A stretch of DNA of 64,000 bases from Eledone cirrhosa (GCA_964016885.1 OZ024742.1:31186001-31250000), one strand, 5' to 3'. Counted from the stretch's first letter, positions 1-16,216 are shown. Program-made: numbers and translations. Notes: generated from the sequence alone by a model not told the origin.

Positions 1-37
1 TGGTTGTTTGTTCTATGTGTGTGTTTTCATTTTGTCC

Positions 38-2320
38 TTAATTGTAAGTTGTGATGTTGCTGTTCCACTCATGTTTTCTATTTAATTTTGGTTGTAATTC
101 ATTTATGTTTATTGCCTCTGTGATTTGTCTAAACATTGCGTCTTTTCTGTGTGTAGATTTTATTTTTATTTCTATGTTCTCTAATTTGCCCTTATGTTCT
201 ATTCTAGCATGTTGGTGGAGTGTTGATGATTCTTTTTTATCTTGAAGTTCTCGCCAGTGTTCATTTAACCGTTCTCCTATACTACGAGCTGTCTCACCTA
301 TGTACACTATATTCTTATCTTTACATTGTCCTTCAGTACATCTTATGCTATATACTGTTTCTAGTTTTACAGTTAATATGGGGACTTAGTTTACAGATTA
401 TGCATTTCTTATCTACACAGGGAGGTCTTTGAAAAATGTATGTATTACTAATAAGTGTTTTTATGGAGGTACCTGGTCTTTCTACTATCTTAATATTAAG
501 TTTAAGTTTATCTAGGGCCCTTCTAAATTTGTAAGCTAATTCACCTCTAGGGGTTGTATTGATGAACATTACACTCTGATATTTATTGCTATCATACCAT
601 GAGTTTATTCTATTAACCTTATTCCTAGTTCTTTCTATTCTATTCCAAAATTTGCTCCTATACAAGGGGCAGGTCCCATTTGTATCATTATTTACCATTT
701 TTTCCCATTTGGTTCTAGCTCCTTTATATACTCTGATTTTATCTCTCTGATTGTAACCAGAGAACTGCATACGGTGGATGAAGTGTTGTATGTGTCTCTC
801 TAGTTCTTCGGGGTTGCACATGCGGGACACGTTTCTCATCACCCGTACTAAATCCGCAATCAGTATGTTGATTTTGGTGTGATCCGAAACAGCTGAGTTT
901 CGGTGGATCAGATATTTGGAAGTCATGGGTTTGGCATAATGGGAATGGAGGATTTGTTTTTTGTTATTGATGGTTTCTAACCAGAGCTCTGTGTCTAGTA
1001 CAGGTAATCGATGGTTGGGGTGTTTGCTTGGGTAGTCTATAGTAATTCTAATACTCTGGTAGATGGGGTTAGCTATTTGCTGGATGCTTTCCATGGTGTT
1101 TTTCTCTAATTCCTGACTGTTCTCTAGTGGGGGTGTTTTTACTACGATGTTTATATCATCAACGTAGCGAGAGTACATTATCAAGGTTAAGAGGTTGCTG
1201 TCTTCTAATTGTTCTTTAAGTTTATTGTCCCACCATACCATGAATAGGATAGCTATGTCACCTGCAATGTTAACACCAATGGCTGTTCCCTCATCTTGGG
1301 CATATGTTTTTCCATTAAATTTGAACATATGTTCCTTAAGGGTTAGTTTTATACTGGCCCCCACCGCATGTGCAATCATTTTTTTAGTTCATCGTGGTTT
1401 TCGGGGGTCCGTATGGCTCTGTTCCACCCGTTCCATCTTTTTGTGTGGGTTTTCTTGACCATTGAGGTAATGGTAGGTGGTCTGCCTCTTGCTGGTCTTG
1501 TAGGGCACAGGTTGCTAAGGTCATACGTATCTAGATAATCATTACTATAAGTAAGTTTAAGTAGGAGTCCCAGCTCACTGGTGTCAATCCCACGGAATTC
1601 AACATTGCTCTCACTGATCATTTCTACGCATTTCTTCACAGCAAATTCCACGTCAATTGATGGATATAGGGACATAACATCCATACTACCTATTATACAG
1701 TTTGTTAGGTCCCTAGATCGGTTATTTTCGCTGATTCTGCTGAGGAGGTCCTCCGTGCTGTCACATATATCCGTGGACATTTCAATGATGGGGCGTATGA
1801 TCAGGGAGAGGAAGTAGGAAAGTCTGTAGTTACTAGCAATGTTAGCTCCACAGACTGGCCGTGTTAGTGGTCTTGTGACTGGGTCACTGTTCGTCTTATG
1901 GTCTTTTCGAAGCCCATACAACGTTGGCACGTCATTGTTCCAGGCCTGGAAGTTGTTGGCAGTCCGTTTATTGGGCTGCATTATGTTTGTCCATACCATC
2001 ATATGAGCATTGAGGGTTTTCTCCCTATCCTCATGCTCTTGTGGTGTTACTTCTCTTGTGTTAGTGATGTGGGGTTGCATTGCCTGGATGTAGTTTGACA
2101 GACTGTCAACCAACATTCTGCCAGACTTGTCTGTTGGAAAGCATACAATCTCTCCATTACGTGAGCGCTGCATGAGCTTACGCAAGCCATTTGCAGATTT
2201 TTCTCCCAGTTGCTGGGCCTCCATTCTATTTTGTTTCTTGCTATACTGTTCTATAATATTTCTAAGTTTAGATCTAGCTATACTAAATTGTGCTTCTGTT
2301 TGTTCATCGACCTATATATA
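38..2320 (-). mobile_element. Penelope-like retroelement (RT + C-terminal GIY-YIG endonuclease), 5'-truncated and frameshifted; relative of the 38736-43705 family
   Basis: ORFs 1376..2224, 348..1379 and 38..307 join into one PLE protein: DKSG, LYGLRKDHK, RPVCGA, SMDVMSLYPSI (motif A), YSRYVDDIN (motif C), CxxxxCxxC, YIGETARS and ITEA..I...PKLN. Frameshifts at ~1378 and ~355. Confidence 0.92.
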
Positions 2321-2489
2321 GCGAAGAGGTAAAATCTCAAACTGCGAGCCTTATCGTTTCAACTTGAGGTCCACAAACATTTTCAATGGAATATATATTT
2401 TGATTAAGTTCACATATGTACGTTCGTTAAACATACATTCAGCTTCACAGTATAAACAGAAGCTTTGGTAAAACCAAACACTGTCTCTC

Positions 2490-2860
2490 CATGTGGTAAA
2501 ACTAAATACTCTAACGAATAACGTTACCCCAAAGACTCTTCGGAGGAACCCCATTTCGACAGCTTGTATTCGCAATCGTATTCTTTCGGTCATTACCCAA
2601 GATCCATGACCATATGTAAGGGTTAACACGAATACCAAATTGAAGATAGCGAGTTTGGTTTTTACACCTACCTCCCTTCTGATTACCGAATGCTGAAGTT
2701 GGTGCATTACTGTACCAGCTCATGCAATTCTTGCACTAAATTCAGCCTTCTGCCTTCCTTTGTGAACACGGCCCAGAAATAATTGAACCACTCCACCTGC
2801 TTCAGTGGAACTTCATTCACATGTAGAGTGAACTGTGCAGGTTTCCTTGAGAGGACAAGT
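2490..2860 (-). pseudogene. Decayed RTE-clade LINE fragment (post-RT region)
   Basis: Translation KTKLAIFNLVFVLTLTYGHGSWVMTERIRLRIQAVEMGFLRRVFGVTL matches the LxYGxExW...E(M)xFLR motif of RTE ORFs. Confidence 0.7.
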
Positions 2861-2881
2861 TTGTGTGTATATATATATATA

Positions 2882-3245
2882 TATAAAATAACAGGCGGCT
2901 GGACTGGTGTAATTCCTTAAAAGGTTTATTATACTATGATCATTTCAAGTCTTGAGGCGGCCGACCAGGCTAGAAGCTGCTAAATGTTCAGCCTCCCTCC
3001 TGTCTCTGATTTTCAGCCACATGGATTTTGTCTATTATATTCCTTTGTTATATTTCGAATACCTGATGATGTCACCGGATTCATACTGAACCCGGTCATT
3101 GAAATGATCATAGTGTAATAAACCTTTTAAGGAATTACACCAGTCCAGCCTCCTGTTATTTTATAATAATTAACTCCGTACTCGCACCACCAACTACACA
3201 AACGAAGACGGGTGAGTTGCATTACGTTGAGTGCTCTCCATAATA
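2882..3245 (+). mobile_element. Mini PLE pseudo-LTR insertion: ~67-bp inverted repeat (2882-2948 / 3099-3165) plus 3' tail, next to (TA)n
   Basis: TATAAAATAACAGGCGGCTGGACTGG...GATCATTTCAA is the reverse complement of TTGAAATGATC...CCTGTTATTTTATA. It contains a hammerhead. Confidence 0.75.
3059..3116 (+). ncRNA. Type I hammerhead ribozyme (PLE minimal type)
   Basis: ATAC-CTGATGA-stem II (ACCGG/CCGGT, TTCA/TGAA)-GAAA-TGATCA-TA-GTGT, with palindromic helix III ATGATCAT. Confidence 0.7.
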
Positions 3246-3689
3246 TTACATCGAGGTTGACCATACGGAAGACCAGTTCTATCCAGTGGTGAACCAACAA
3301 ACCTAAATAAATATATATATAAGAGAGTATTGAAGTTTGCTTGAAGCATTGTAGAATAATAAAATGTTTTTTTTTGTCGTTTTGGAAGCCTCAAGAATGC
3401 AGATGGGTAAATCTCCGGGTAACAGAATCCGGTGGTGAAGAGTGGGATGTAAAGGAATGTAGAATGAGATGTATAGTGTGTAGAGGAATGTATGAAAGAG
3501 CGTAAAAAATAAAAATAATAACACGAGATAGAGTTACCTTGGGAGAGATTTAATTGTCCCTATATTTCGGATTCGCATCCATCAACTGGGATTTTTCCGG
3601 GAGGTGGGGGTGGGAGTAGGGGAAGTTATCTGTCGGAGAGGGACGGTACGTGGCCTCTGTTGTCCGCTGTTTGTATATATATATATATA

Positions 3690-4100
3690 TTCTCAGCCAC
3701 TTGCACGTTAATTTCATGAACACACACACATACGGAATTCTACCGAACTACACATAACATAGTTCTGAGAGAGATTGAGCGTGACACTGTGTGCCAAAGC
3801 TGGCCCTTTGAATTACAGATGTTTTCCAGCTTGGTGGACTGGGGCAACATGAAATAAAATGTATTTTTTGCTCAAGGATAATAAGACACCGTATACTCTC
3901 TACTACTAAGGCAGGCACCTTCACTAAACCACCAAACCACCACCAAACTACCAAACCACGAAAGCACCAAACTGCCACCAAACCACCAAACCACCAAACT
4001 ACCAAACCACCACCAAACCAGTAAGCAGCCAACCAATATCTGCTGTTTATTCTCTGAAATAATTCCACTAAAAGTAAAGTATCTTGCTCAAGGCCCATTA
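3690..4100 (-). mobile_element. Degenerate pieces of the SINE family seen at 29353-29690, interrupted by ACCAA-type repeats
   Basis: GCTGGCCCTTTGAATTACAG, TTGCTCAAGG and CAGCCACTTGCACGTTAATTTCA match parts of 29353-29690. Confidence 0.5.
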
Positions 4101-4399
4101 GACACCGTATGCCCCTAACCCCTAAGCACCTTCACCAAACCACCAAACCACCAAACCAACAAACTACTCAAACTACCAACCAGTAAGCAGCCATCCAATT
4201 TCTCCTGTTTATTGAAATAATTCCACCAAAAATTCCATCACCAGCTGTCGCTAAGATTCCGATGTTTTTTCCTAACATTTCTTCCTCAGTCTGTGGCTCT
4301 AACACTTGCTACGTTCCTTCATTGTAGTATTGTTGCCTTTTCTATTAACTAGAAAGTAAATAAACCTACCATCTTTACACACACATCTACACACATAGA

Positions 4400-4509
<110 letters not shown>

Positions 4510-4664
4510 CTGATACAGTCACACACATTTTCACACTCATACACACACACAGAGGAACACACAGACACACTCAGACACATACAGACACTCAGACACACTC
4601 AGACACATACACAGACACACGCACTACCCCTCCCTCCTCTGTTACTACACTAATCCTTCAAATA

Positions 4665-7600
4665 ACACACACACACAGACACACACAGCCACACAGACAC
4701 ACACAGCCAAACACAGCGACACACAGCCACACACAGCCACACAGACATACACAGCCACACACAGACATACACAGCCACACACAGCCACACAGACACACAC
4801 AGCCACACAGACACACACAGCCACACACAGCCACACACAGCCACACAGACATACACAGCCACACACATACACAGCCACACACAGCCACACAGACACACAC
4901 AACCAAACACAGCGACACACAGCGACACACAGCCACACACAGCCACACAGACACACACAGCCACACACAGCCACACACAGCCACACACAGCCACACACAG
5001 CCACACACAGCCACACAGACACACACAGCCAAACACAGCGACACACAGCCACACACAGCCACACACAACCACACACAGCCACACACAGCCACACACAACC
5101 ACACACAGCCCCACAGCCACACACAGCCTCACAAACATACACAGCCACACACAACCACACACAGCCACACACAACCACACACAGCCACACACAGCCACAC
5201 AGCCACACACAGCCACACACAGCCACACAGCCACACACAGCCACACACAGCCACACACAACCACACAGCCACACAGCCACACACAGCCACACACAGCCAC
5301 ACACAGCCACACAGCCACACACAGCTACACAGCCACACACAGTCACACACAGCCACACAGCCACACACAGCCACACACAGCCACACACAGCCACACACAG
5401 CCACACAGCCACACACAGCTACACAGCCACACACAGTCACACACAGCTACACAGCCACACACAGTCACACACAGCCACACAGCCACACACAGCCACACAG
5501 CCACACACAGCCACACACAGCCACACAGACATACAGACATACACAGTCACACAGACACACACAGCCACACACAGCCAGACACAGCCACACACCCACACAG
5601 CCACACACAGCCACACACAGCCACACAGACATACAGACATACACAGCCACACAGACACACACAGCCACACACAGCCACACAGCCACACACAGCCACACAG
5701 CCACACACAGCCAAACACAGCCACACACAGCCACACACAGCCACACTGCCACACACAGCCACACACAGCCACACAGCCACACACAGCCACACACAGCCAC
5801 ACAGACATACAGACATACGCAGCCACACACAGCCACACACAGCCACACACAGCCACACACAGCCACACAGCCACACACAGCCACACACAGCCACACAGCC
5901 ACACAGCCACACACAGCCACACAGCAAAACACAGCCACACACAGCCACACAGCCACACACAGCCACACACAGCCACACACAGCCACACAGCCACACACAG
6001 CCACACAGCCACACACAGCCACACACAGCCACACAGACATACAGACATACGCAGCCACACACAGCCACACACAGCCACACACAGCCACACACAGCCACAC
6101 AGCCACACACAGCCACACACAGCCACACAGCCACACAGCCACACACAGCCACACAGCAAAACACAGCCACACACAGCCACACAGCCACACACAGCCACAC
6201 ACAGCCACACAGCCACACACAGCCACACACAGCCACACACAGCCACACAGACGTACACAGTCACACACAGCCACACACAGCCACACAGCCACACACAGTC
6301 ACACACAGCCACACAGCCACACACAGCCACACAGCCACACACAGCCACACACAGCCACACAGACATACAGACATACACAGTCACACAGACACACACAGCC
6401 ACACACAGCCAGACTCAGCCACACACCCACACAGCCACACACAGCCACACACAGCCACACAGACATACAGACATACACAGCCACACAGACACACACAGCC
6501 ACACACAGCCACACAGCCACACACAGCCACACAGCCACACACAGCCACACACAGCCACACACAGCCACACACAGCCACACTGCCACACACAGCCACACAC
6601 AGCCACACAGCCACACACAGCCACACACAGCCACACAGACATACAGACATACGCAGCCACACACAGTCACACACAGCCACACACAGCCACACACAGCCAC
6701 ACAGCCACACACAGCCACACACAGCCACACAGCCACACAGCCACACACAGCCACACAGCAAAACACAGCCACACACAGCCACACAGCCACACACAGCCAC
6801 ACACAGCCACACACAGCCACACACAGCCACACACAGCCACACAGCCACACACAGCCACACACAGCCACACACAGCCACACAGCGACACACAGCCACACAC
6901 AGCCACACACAGCCACTCACAGCCACACACAGCCAAACACAGCGACACACAGCCACACACAGCCCCACACAGCCACACACAGCCACACACAGCCACACAG
7001 CGACACACAGCCACACAGCGACACACAGCCACACACAGCCACACACAGCCACACAGCCACACACAGCCACACACAGCCACACACAGCCACACACAGCCAC
7101 ACACAGCCACACAGCCACACACAGCCACACACAGCCACACAGCGACACACAGCCACACACAGCCACTCACAGCCACACACAGCCACACACAGCCACACAC
7201 AGCCACACAGCCACACACAGCCACACAGCCACACACAGCCACACACAGCCACACACAGCCACACACAGCCACACACAGCCACACAGCCACACACAGCCAC
7301 ACACAGCCACACAGCGACACACAGCCACACACAGCCACACACAGCCACACACAGCCACACACAGCCACACAGCCACACACAGCCACACACAGCCACACAC
7401 AGCCACACACAACCACACACAGCCACACAGCCACACACAGCCACACACAGCCACACACAGCCACACAGCGACACACAGCCACACACATCCACACACAGCC
7501 ACACAGCCACACACAGCCACACACAGCCACACACAGCCACACACAGCCACACACAGCCACACACAGCCACACACAGCCACACACAGCCACACACAGCCAC

Positions 7601-9750
7601 ACACAGCCACACACAGCCACACAGCCACACACAGCCACACACAGCCACACAGCGATACACAGCCACACACAGCCACACACAGCCACTCACAGCCACACAC
7701 AGCCACACAGCCACACACAGCCACACACAGCCACACAGCCACACACAGCCACACACAGCCACACACAGCCACACACAGCCACACAGCCACACACAGCCAC
7801 ACACAGCCACACACAGCCACACACAGCCACACAGCGACACACAGCCACACACAGCCACACACAGCCACACAGCCACACACAGCCACACACAGCCACACAC
7901 AGCCACACACAGCCACACACAGCCACACACAGCCACACACAGCCACACACAGCCACACAGTGACACACAGCCACACTCAGCCACACACAGCCACACACAG
8001 CCACACACAGCCACACACAGCCACACACAGCCACACAGCCACACACAGCCACACACAGCCACACAGCCACACAGCCACACAGCCACACAGCCACACACAG
8101 CCACACAGCCACACACAGCCACACACAGCCACACAGCCACACACAGCCACACACAGCCACACACAGCCACACACAGCCACACACAGCCACACAGCGACAC
8201 ACAGCCACACACAGCCACACACAGCCACACAGCCACACACAGCCACACACAGCCACACACAGCCACACAGCCACACACAGCCACACAGACACACACAGCC
8301 ACACAGCGACACACAGCCACACACAGCCACACACAGCCACACAGCCACACACAGCCACACACAGCCACACAGACACACAGCCACACACAGCCACACACAG
8401 CCACAGAGACATACAGACATACACAGCCACACACAGCCACACAGAGCCACACAGCCACACACAGCCACACACAGCCACACAGCCACACACAGCCACACAC
8501 AGCCACACAGCCACACACAGCCACACACAGCCACACACAGCCACACACAGCCACACACAGCCACACACAGCCACCCACAGCCACACAGCCACACACAGCC
8601 ACACAGCCACACAGCCACACACAGCCACAGACACATACAGACATACACAGCCACACACAGCCACACACAGCCACACAGCCACACACAGCCACACACAGCC
8701 ACACAGCCACACACAGCCACACACAGCCACACAGCCACACACAGCCACACACAGCCACACACAGCCACACACAGCCACACACAGCCACCCACAGCCACAC
8801 AGCCACACACAGCCACACAGCCACACAGCCACACACAGCCACACACAGCTACACACAGCCACACACAGCCACACAGCCACACACAGCCACACACAGCCAT
8901 ACAGCCACACACAGCCACACACAGCCACACAGCCACACACAGCCACACAGCCACACACAGCCACACACAGCCACACACAGCCACACAGCCACACACAGCC
9001 ACACACAGCCACACACAGCCACACAGCCACACACAGCCACACAGCCACACACAACCACACAGCCACACACAGCCACACACAGCCACACAGCCACACACAG
9101 CCACACACAGCCACACAGCCACACACAGCCACACACAGCCACACACAGCCACACAGCCACACACAGCCACACAGCCACATACAGCCACACACAGCCACAC
9201 ACAGCCACACAGCCACACACAGCCACACACAGCCACACACAGCCACACACAGCCAAACACAGCCACACAGCCACACACAGCCACACAGCCACACACAGCC
9301 ACACAGCCACACAGCCACACATAGCCACACACAGCCACACACAGCTACACACAGCCACACACAGCCACACACAGCCACACACAGCCACACAGCCACACAC
9401 AGCCACACAGCCACACACAGCCACACAGCCACACAGCCACACACAGCCACACACAGCCACACACAGCCACACACAGCCACACACAGCCACACAGCCACAC
9501 ACAGCCACACACAGCCACACAGCCACACACAGCCACACACAGCCACACAGCCAGACACAGCCACACACAGCCACACACAGCCACACACAGCCACACAGCC
9601 ACACACAGCCACACACAGCCACACAGCCACACACAGCCACACACAGCCACACACAGCCACACAGCCACACAGCCACACACAGCCACACAGCCACACAGCC
9701 ACACACAGCCACACAGCCACACACAGCCACACACAGCCACACAGCCACAA
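4665..9750. repeat. ~5-kb simple satellite of mixed ACACACAGCC (10-bp) and ACACAGCC (8-bp) units
   Basis: Direct reading. It generates the spurious CVAVCGCVWL ORFs. Confidence 0.97.
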
Positions 9751-9859
9751 CACAACTACCAACAATTGGTGTTACATAAATTTCACTAAAACTGATAGTT
9801 TTGTTTTTATTTCTTCTCTCGTTATTTTTTCCTTCTCAATGTAATAAGTCATTTCTCCC

Positions 9860-10280
9860 GCCACCACCACCAGCACCAGCACCAGCACCACACACCACCA
9901 TACACCACCAAAAGCACACATCACCATCACCACCACCGCATCCACCACATCACACCACCACAACTACCTCCACCATAACCACCACCACCACATCCACCAC
10001 ATCACACCACCACCACCACTACTTCCACCATAACCACCACCACCACCACCAACAACAACACCACCACATCACACCACCACATCCAACTCCACCATAACCA
10101 CCACCACCACCAACAACAACACCACCACCACATCACACCACCACAACTACCTCCACCATAACAACCACCACCACCAACACCACCACCACCACCACTACTT
10201 CCACCATAACCACCACCACCACCAACAACACCACCACCACATCACACCACCACATCCAACTCCACCATAACCACCACCAC
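9860..10280. repeat. (CCA)n-rich low-complexity repeat
   Basis: CCACCACCA/CAACAA runs with internal duplications. Confidence 0.9.
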
Positions 10281-10521
10281 TATTATATTGTTTTTGTATC
10301 ACACACATATACCCACATACACAGGTCCAGGTTCATCTATAACCTGTTCCTATTTTCGTTATTGTGGTGGCTTTGTGCCAGTTTTTATCCGGCTACAATT
10401 TTCAATTTGTCACACCTTTAACGTATGTTTATTACTCTGAGCTATAATATATCGATTTATCGATATCATCTCATTGAGTGCTCGTGCCAGCTGCAACTTC
10501 GATTTTACTCACGATCATTGT

Positions 10522-10562
<41 letters not shown>

Positions 10563-10751
10563 GTATATATATATATGTATATATATATGTGTGTGTGTGT
10601 TAGTATGTATATATATATGTGTGTGTGTGTGTGTATGTATATATATATATATGTATATATATGTGTGTGTGCGTGTGTATGTATATATATATATATATGT
10701 ATATATATATGTGTGTGTGTGTGTGTATGTATATATATGTATATATATATG

Positions 10752-10843
<92 letters not shown>

Positions 10844-10844
10844 C

Positions 10845-10891
<47 letters not shown>

Positions 10892-10984
10892 ATGTATATA
10901 TATACATATATATATATCTATATATCCATGTATGTATGTATATATATACATACATACATGTATATTTATATATATATAGAGAGA

Positions 10985-12027
<1,043 letters not shown>

Positions 12028-12326
12028 ATATATATACCCATATACACATTCTCTTTGTCTATATCACACACACACAGATACACATTCATAGACATATATA
12101 TATAGAGAGAGAGCCGTACATACACACACTGTCTGTGTCTCTCTCGCTGAAAGTGTCAGAATTTAATCCATGAAGACTGAGTCTAAAATGTATAATTGTA
12201 CCAATATCCAAAGTTATGTTAAAGACCCTCTTTTCGTCACAAATGTTGACTCCTCTCTTGTGTCCAATTCAACATTTGACACTCAACAGATTTTCTAGAA
12301 CTGGTGTCTCCGATTGGATCAGGAAG

Positions 12327-12956
12327 GGCGTTGGATTGGCAGTATCGGTAGGGCGTCGGACAGCATGCTTTTCAGAATAGAGTTACGACCCTTTACGGTC
12401 TGAGTTCAAATCCAGCTTTGCATTTCATCCTTTAGGTCGATAAAATAAAGTACCAGTAATGCACTAGGGTCTATTTAATCAACTTTCCCCTCCCCCAAAT
12501 TGCTGGCCTTGTGCCTATAGTAGGAATCATTATTATTGGACCTGTAGAGCGTCGGACAATAGTTACGGCTTTGCAGCTTAGAGTTACGTCCCTTGACGTT
12601 ATGGTTTCAAATCCAAGGTTAGCTTTGCTTTTCATTCTCACGAGGGTCGATAAAATAAAGTACCAGTAGCGATTAAATTGATTTTCCTCTCCCCCCAAAA
12701 ATTGTTTACCTTGTGCGTAAATCAGAAACCATTATTTCTCATGACGGAGGTGGTGGATTGGCAGTATCGGTAGAGCGTCGGACAACATGCGTTGCAGCAT
12801 TTAGTTACGGCCATCTATGTTCTGAGATCAAATCCCACCGAAGTTAACTTTGCCTTTCATCATTACGGAGTCAATAAAATAAAGTACCAGTAATGCATTG
12901 GGATCGATTTAATCGGCTTTCCCCTTCAAATTGCTGGTCAAGGTAGAAATAATTAT
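12327..12956 (+). mobile_element. Three tandem copies of an octopod-type tRNA-derived SINE (approx. 12327-12536, 12543-12736, 12748-12956)
   Basis: A-box TGGCAGTATCGG, B-box GAGTTCAAATCC, body GTCGATAAAATAAAGTACCAGT and an (ATT)n tail in each copy. Confidence 0.85.
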
Positions 12957-13340
12957 CGAATTGGCTGAATCATGAGAGCATCGAACAAATAGTTGTATAA
13001 ATGTAAAACTATATAACAGATCGTATTAAATAACCACATTAACAGAAATATCGATCACCTAAATCGAATGTTCGTTCGATCACCTCTATCGAAAATGAAA
13101 ACAAAAGACCAAAGATTTGATATCGATTCAAAAAGCTTTTGAATATTGTATTATGCATGTTCTTTCGACCACATCTAGTAACTACCAAATATGGAAGTAT
13201 ATCAATGTCATGACGTCTACAGTCTATATGTATGTCCTGTAGTCTGTATACATGAGGGTTAAAAAGGATCTCCCCGAAAGGTATATATACATACATACAT
13301 ACATAAAACATACATACATACATGCATACATACACACATA

Positions 13341-13793
13341 CTGAAAATAAAAACTGCCACCAAATTAAAGCACAACCGGCCTGATATTGTTGTTTGGGAC
13401 CACACATTGAAAACGTGTTCTGTTGTGGAGATCAGCTGCCCACGTGATGTAAATGTTGTCAGAAAAATACAGGAGAAGGAGGACATCTACGGACCATTGA
13501 TGAGGAGTTTACAAATCCAGTATCCAAGATACACCTTTAGCTTCATACCCATCATTATTGGAGCTACGGGTTATATACCAACCCGCTTGGACCAAAGTAT
13601 GACTGAACTTGGATTTGCGGACAAAGAGCGCAGCTCCCTAATTCATAGTCTACAAATGGCTGCGATAGCTGGCACCTTCAAAATTTGCAAAACATTCTTG
13701 CGATTCAAGGGATGACAATTTCTTTTCTTTTACAAGGTTGCCACCAGGAAGGTGGCCGGTCAAAAAAATATACTCGAAATTAAGAGAAAGAGA
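13341..13793 (+). mobile_element. 3' end of an RLE-type non-LTR retrotransposon (R4/Dong-like), 5'-truncated, inside a (TACA)n array
   Basis: Open frame from 13341: KHNRPDIVVWD..C.VVEISCP.D...EKEDIY..L...IPIIIGATG, a PD-(D/E)xK restriction-like endonuclease. Stop at 13715, then a 3' UTR hairpin GCCACC/GGTGGC. Confidence 0.85.
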
Positions 13794-14046
13794 CATACAT
13801 ACATAAAACATACATACAAACATACATACATACATACATACATACATACATACATACATACATACATAAAACATACATACATACATACATACATACAAAC
13901 ATACATAAAACATACATACATACATACATACATACATACATAAAACATACATACATACATACATAAAACATACATACATACATACATACATACATACAAA
14001 CATACATAAAACATACATACATACATACATACAAACATACATACAA

Positions 14047-14075
<29 letters not shown>
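13794..14075. repeat. (TACA)n tetranucleotide array with TAAA variants
   Basis: Direct reading. The same array is upstream at 13285-13340. Confidence 0.95.
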
Positions 14076-14078
<3 letters not shown>

Positions 14079-14137
14079 TTCTATTTCATCTTTATTTCTC
14101 ACGATGAAGGACTATATATCCACATGTGGTTGACGCC

Positions 14138-14245
14138 TGAGAGAATAGAGTACTCAATAATGAAGTAGAGTTTAAATATTCGTTTTATTAAGGCCAAATA
14201 GTGAGTCTTGTTACTCTGGAGTTTCGCCTCTTTATGACAGTGTAT
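14138..14245 (-). mobile_element. PLE pLTR-like fragment homologous to 63716-63830
   Basis: The reverse complement GGCGAAACTCCAGAGTAACAAGACTCACTATTT...AACTCTACTTC..TATTGAGTACT resembles 63737-63827. Confidence 0.55.
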
Positions 14246-14647
14246 GTGTGGCAGAGAGAAGGACAGAGAGATAGTGTGTGTGTATGAGAGAGAGTGAGAG
14301 AGAGATGCGTATTGACTGGTGGCGGCGGTGATGGCGGAGGTGGAGGAAATGGTGGAGGAGACGCCGGGCAGTGTGGTGTCGAGAGAGAGAGAGGGTGATA
14401 GAGAGAGAGGGGGGTACTGGAGGTGGAAGGGGGAGAGGACTGTGCAGTGTTAAAAGCAGCTGTTGTGTTGATGCAGGGAGAGAAGGAAATTATTTGAAAA
14501 AATATTTTCGACATTTCTAAGAATTTTGTTTTTCACTTTTCTAGAAATCATCATCACTGCCACGACTGTCATTACCACCATCATCATCGCAATCATCATT
14601 ATCATAACTGCAATCATCATCACTATCATCATCGTCATCATCATCGC

Positions 14648-14765
14648 CGTAAGGATGAATGACTAAGCTAACCTCAGCGGGATTTGAACTCAGAACGTAA
14701 AGGGCCGTAACTATATACGGCAAAGCATGTTGTCCGATGCTCTACCGATTCTACCAATCTACAAC
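14648..14765 (-). mobile_element. tRNA-derived SINE, 5' half
   Basis: GGGATTTGAACTCAGAACGTAAAGGGCCGTAAC...TGCTCTACCGATTCTACCAATC is the reverse complement of the SINE head. Confidence 0.75.
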
Positions 14766-15307
14766 TCTTTTGTCATGAGAAATAATAAAAACAAGGTTTA
14801 TTTTCTGTTATCTGATCAATCTGTCTGCATACGTTCCATTATATCTCTTCATTGTTAAACTCTAAGACAGGTGGGCGTTCGGATGTACACAACATTTTTT
14901 CGTAAACAAAAATCTATTTTCTTATCCCTGACATCTGACGTCTGGTTAAAGCATTCTTTTAATTAAGAGATGTTTATGATGTTTCCATTGTAAAGTGTGT
15001 GAATAATTGTCACAATTCAAATTCTTTTACAACCCCCTACCGCCCCAAAATAACAACAGCAACAACAACTTCCACAATGAATGACTTATTGGAATGTGTT
15101 TTACTACAAACATTCTACTAGAGGTCAGTGGCTCAGACTGTTTTTTTTCATGGGAATAGTTCCGGATATTTTCCCACTTTCTTTCCTTTATAACTTGTGT
15201 AGGAATCCCAGATACCGTGAGAACGTGAAGTAAAAATTAACTTCCCTGCTAACTTCCGGAAACTCAAGGAGGCGAGTTCTCTAATAATAATAATAATAAT
15301 AATATAT

Positions 15308-15381
<74 letters not shown>

Positions 15382-15422
15382 CGAAACATAAGTCAATTAC
15401 ATGAACTCTTAATCCTTTATTT

Positions 15423-15478
15423 ACTGCTATATATATTTCGATGATAGCCATTGAATGGCTATGACCTCATCAGGCAGT
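15423..15478 (-). ncRNA. Type I hammerhead ribozyme in a PLE pLTR fragment (15377-15535)
   Basis: ACTGC-CTGATGA-GGTCATAGCCA(TTCAA)TGGCTATCATC-GAAA-TATATA-TA-GCAGT. The pLTR end is repeated at ~16949-17000. Confidence 0.8.
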
Positions 15479-15616
15479 TAGTCAGTTCTTAGATATGCCA
15501 GCTCTGTGTTTATAGTGTTGATGGTATCAGAGCCTTGGGACATATATATACACACATGCATATATACATACATACATATATATATAATATTATATATAGA
15601 GTTATAAACTCAAATA

Positions 15617-15679
<63 letters not shown>

Positions 15680-15680
15680 C

Positions 15681-15745
<65 letters not shown>

Positions 15746-15748
15746 TGC

Positions 15749-15783
<35 letters not shown>

Positions 15784-16164
15784 CATATATATACTAGGTT
15801 TTGTTTTATTTCTGTCGATAGCTGAATGTGAGGAAATCCCATATACACAGTTGTGTGTGACCTCCTCAAGACATCAACCTTGGATGACAATGTTGTGGTT
15901 GATAAGAATCAACCTTATATTTAGAAACATTCCTATGTGTCTGAATTTCCGAAAGGAGGAATGGACATAGTTATAAATTTATCTATTTGAAATAATGTCT
16001 TAATAGAGGTTGTTATGATCTCAATGTTTTGACTGCTGGACCATCAGGTCAACCGTTAGTTCAGTGCAATTATCTGCCATTTGGTTGTCAGTTCAATCCC
16101 CGTGTCAGTACACACAGACACACACACACACAGACACACAGACACACACACACACACACACACA

Positions 16165-16216
<52 letters not shown>

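Noticed and set aside
3556-3592. Minus-strand hammerhead-like TCCC..TTGATGGAT GCGA ATCC GAAATATA GGGA
   Set aside because: The core does not fit YUGANRA in register with helix I. At best a decayed remnant.
12327-12420. tRNA genes
   Set aside because: A and B boxes continue into a SINE body with no cloverleaf.
15895-15945. TTGATAA...GAAACATTCCTATGTG as another U3:A8 hammerhead
   Set aside because: The cleavage position would be G and helix I does not pair.
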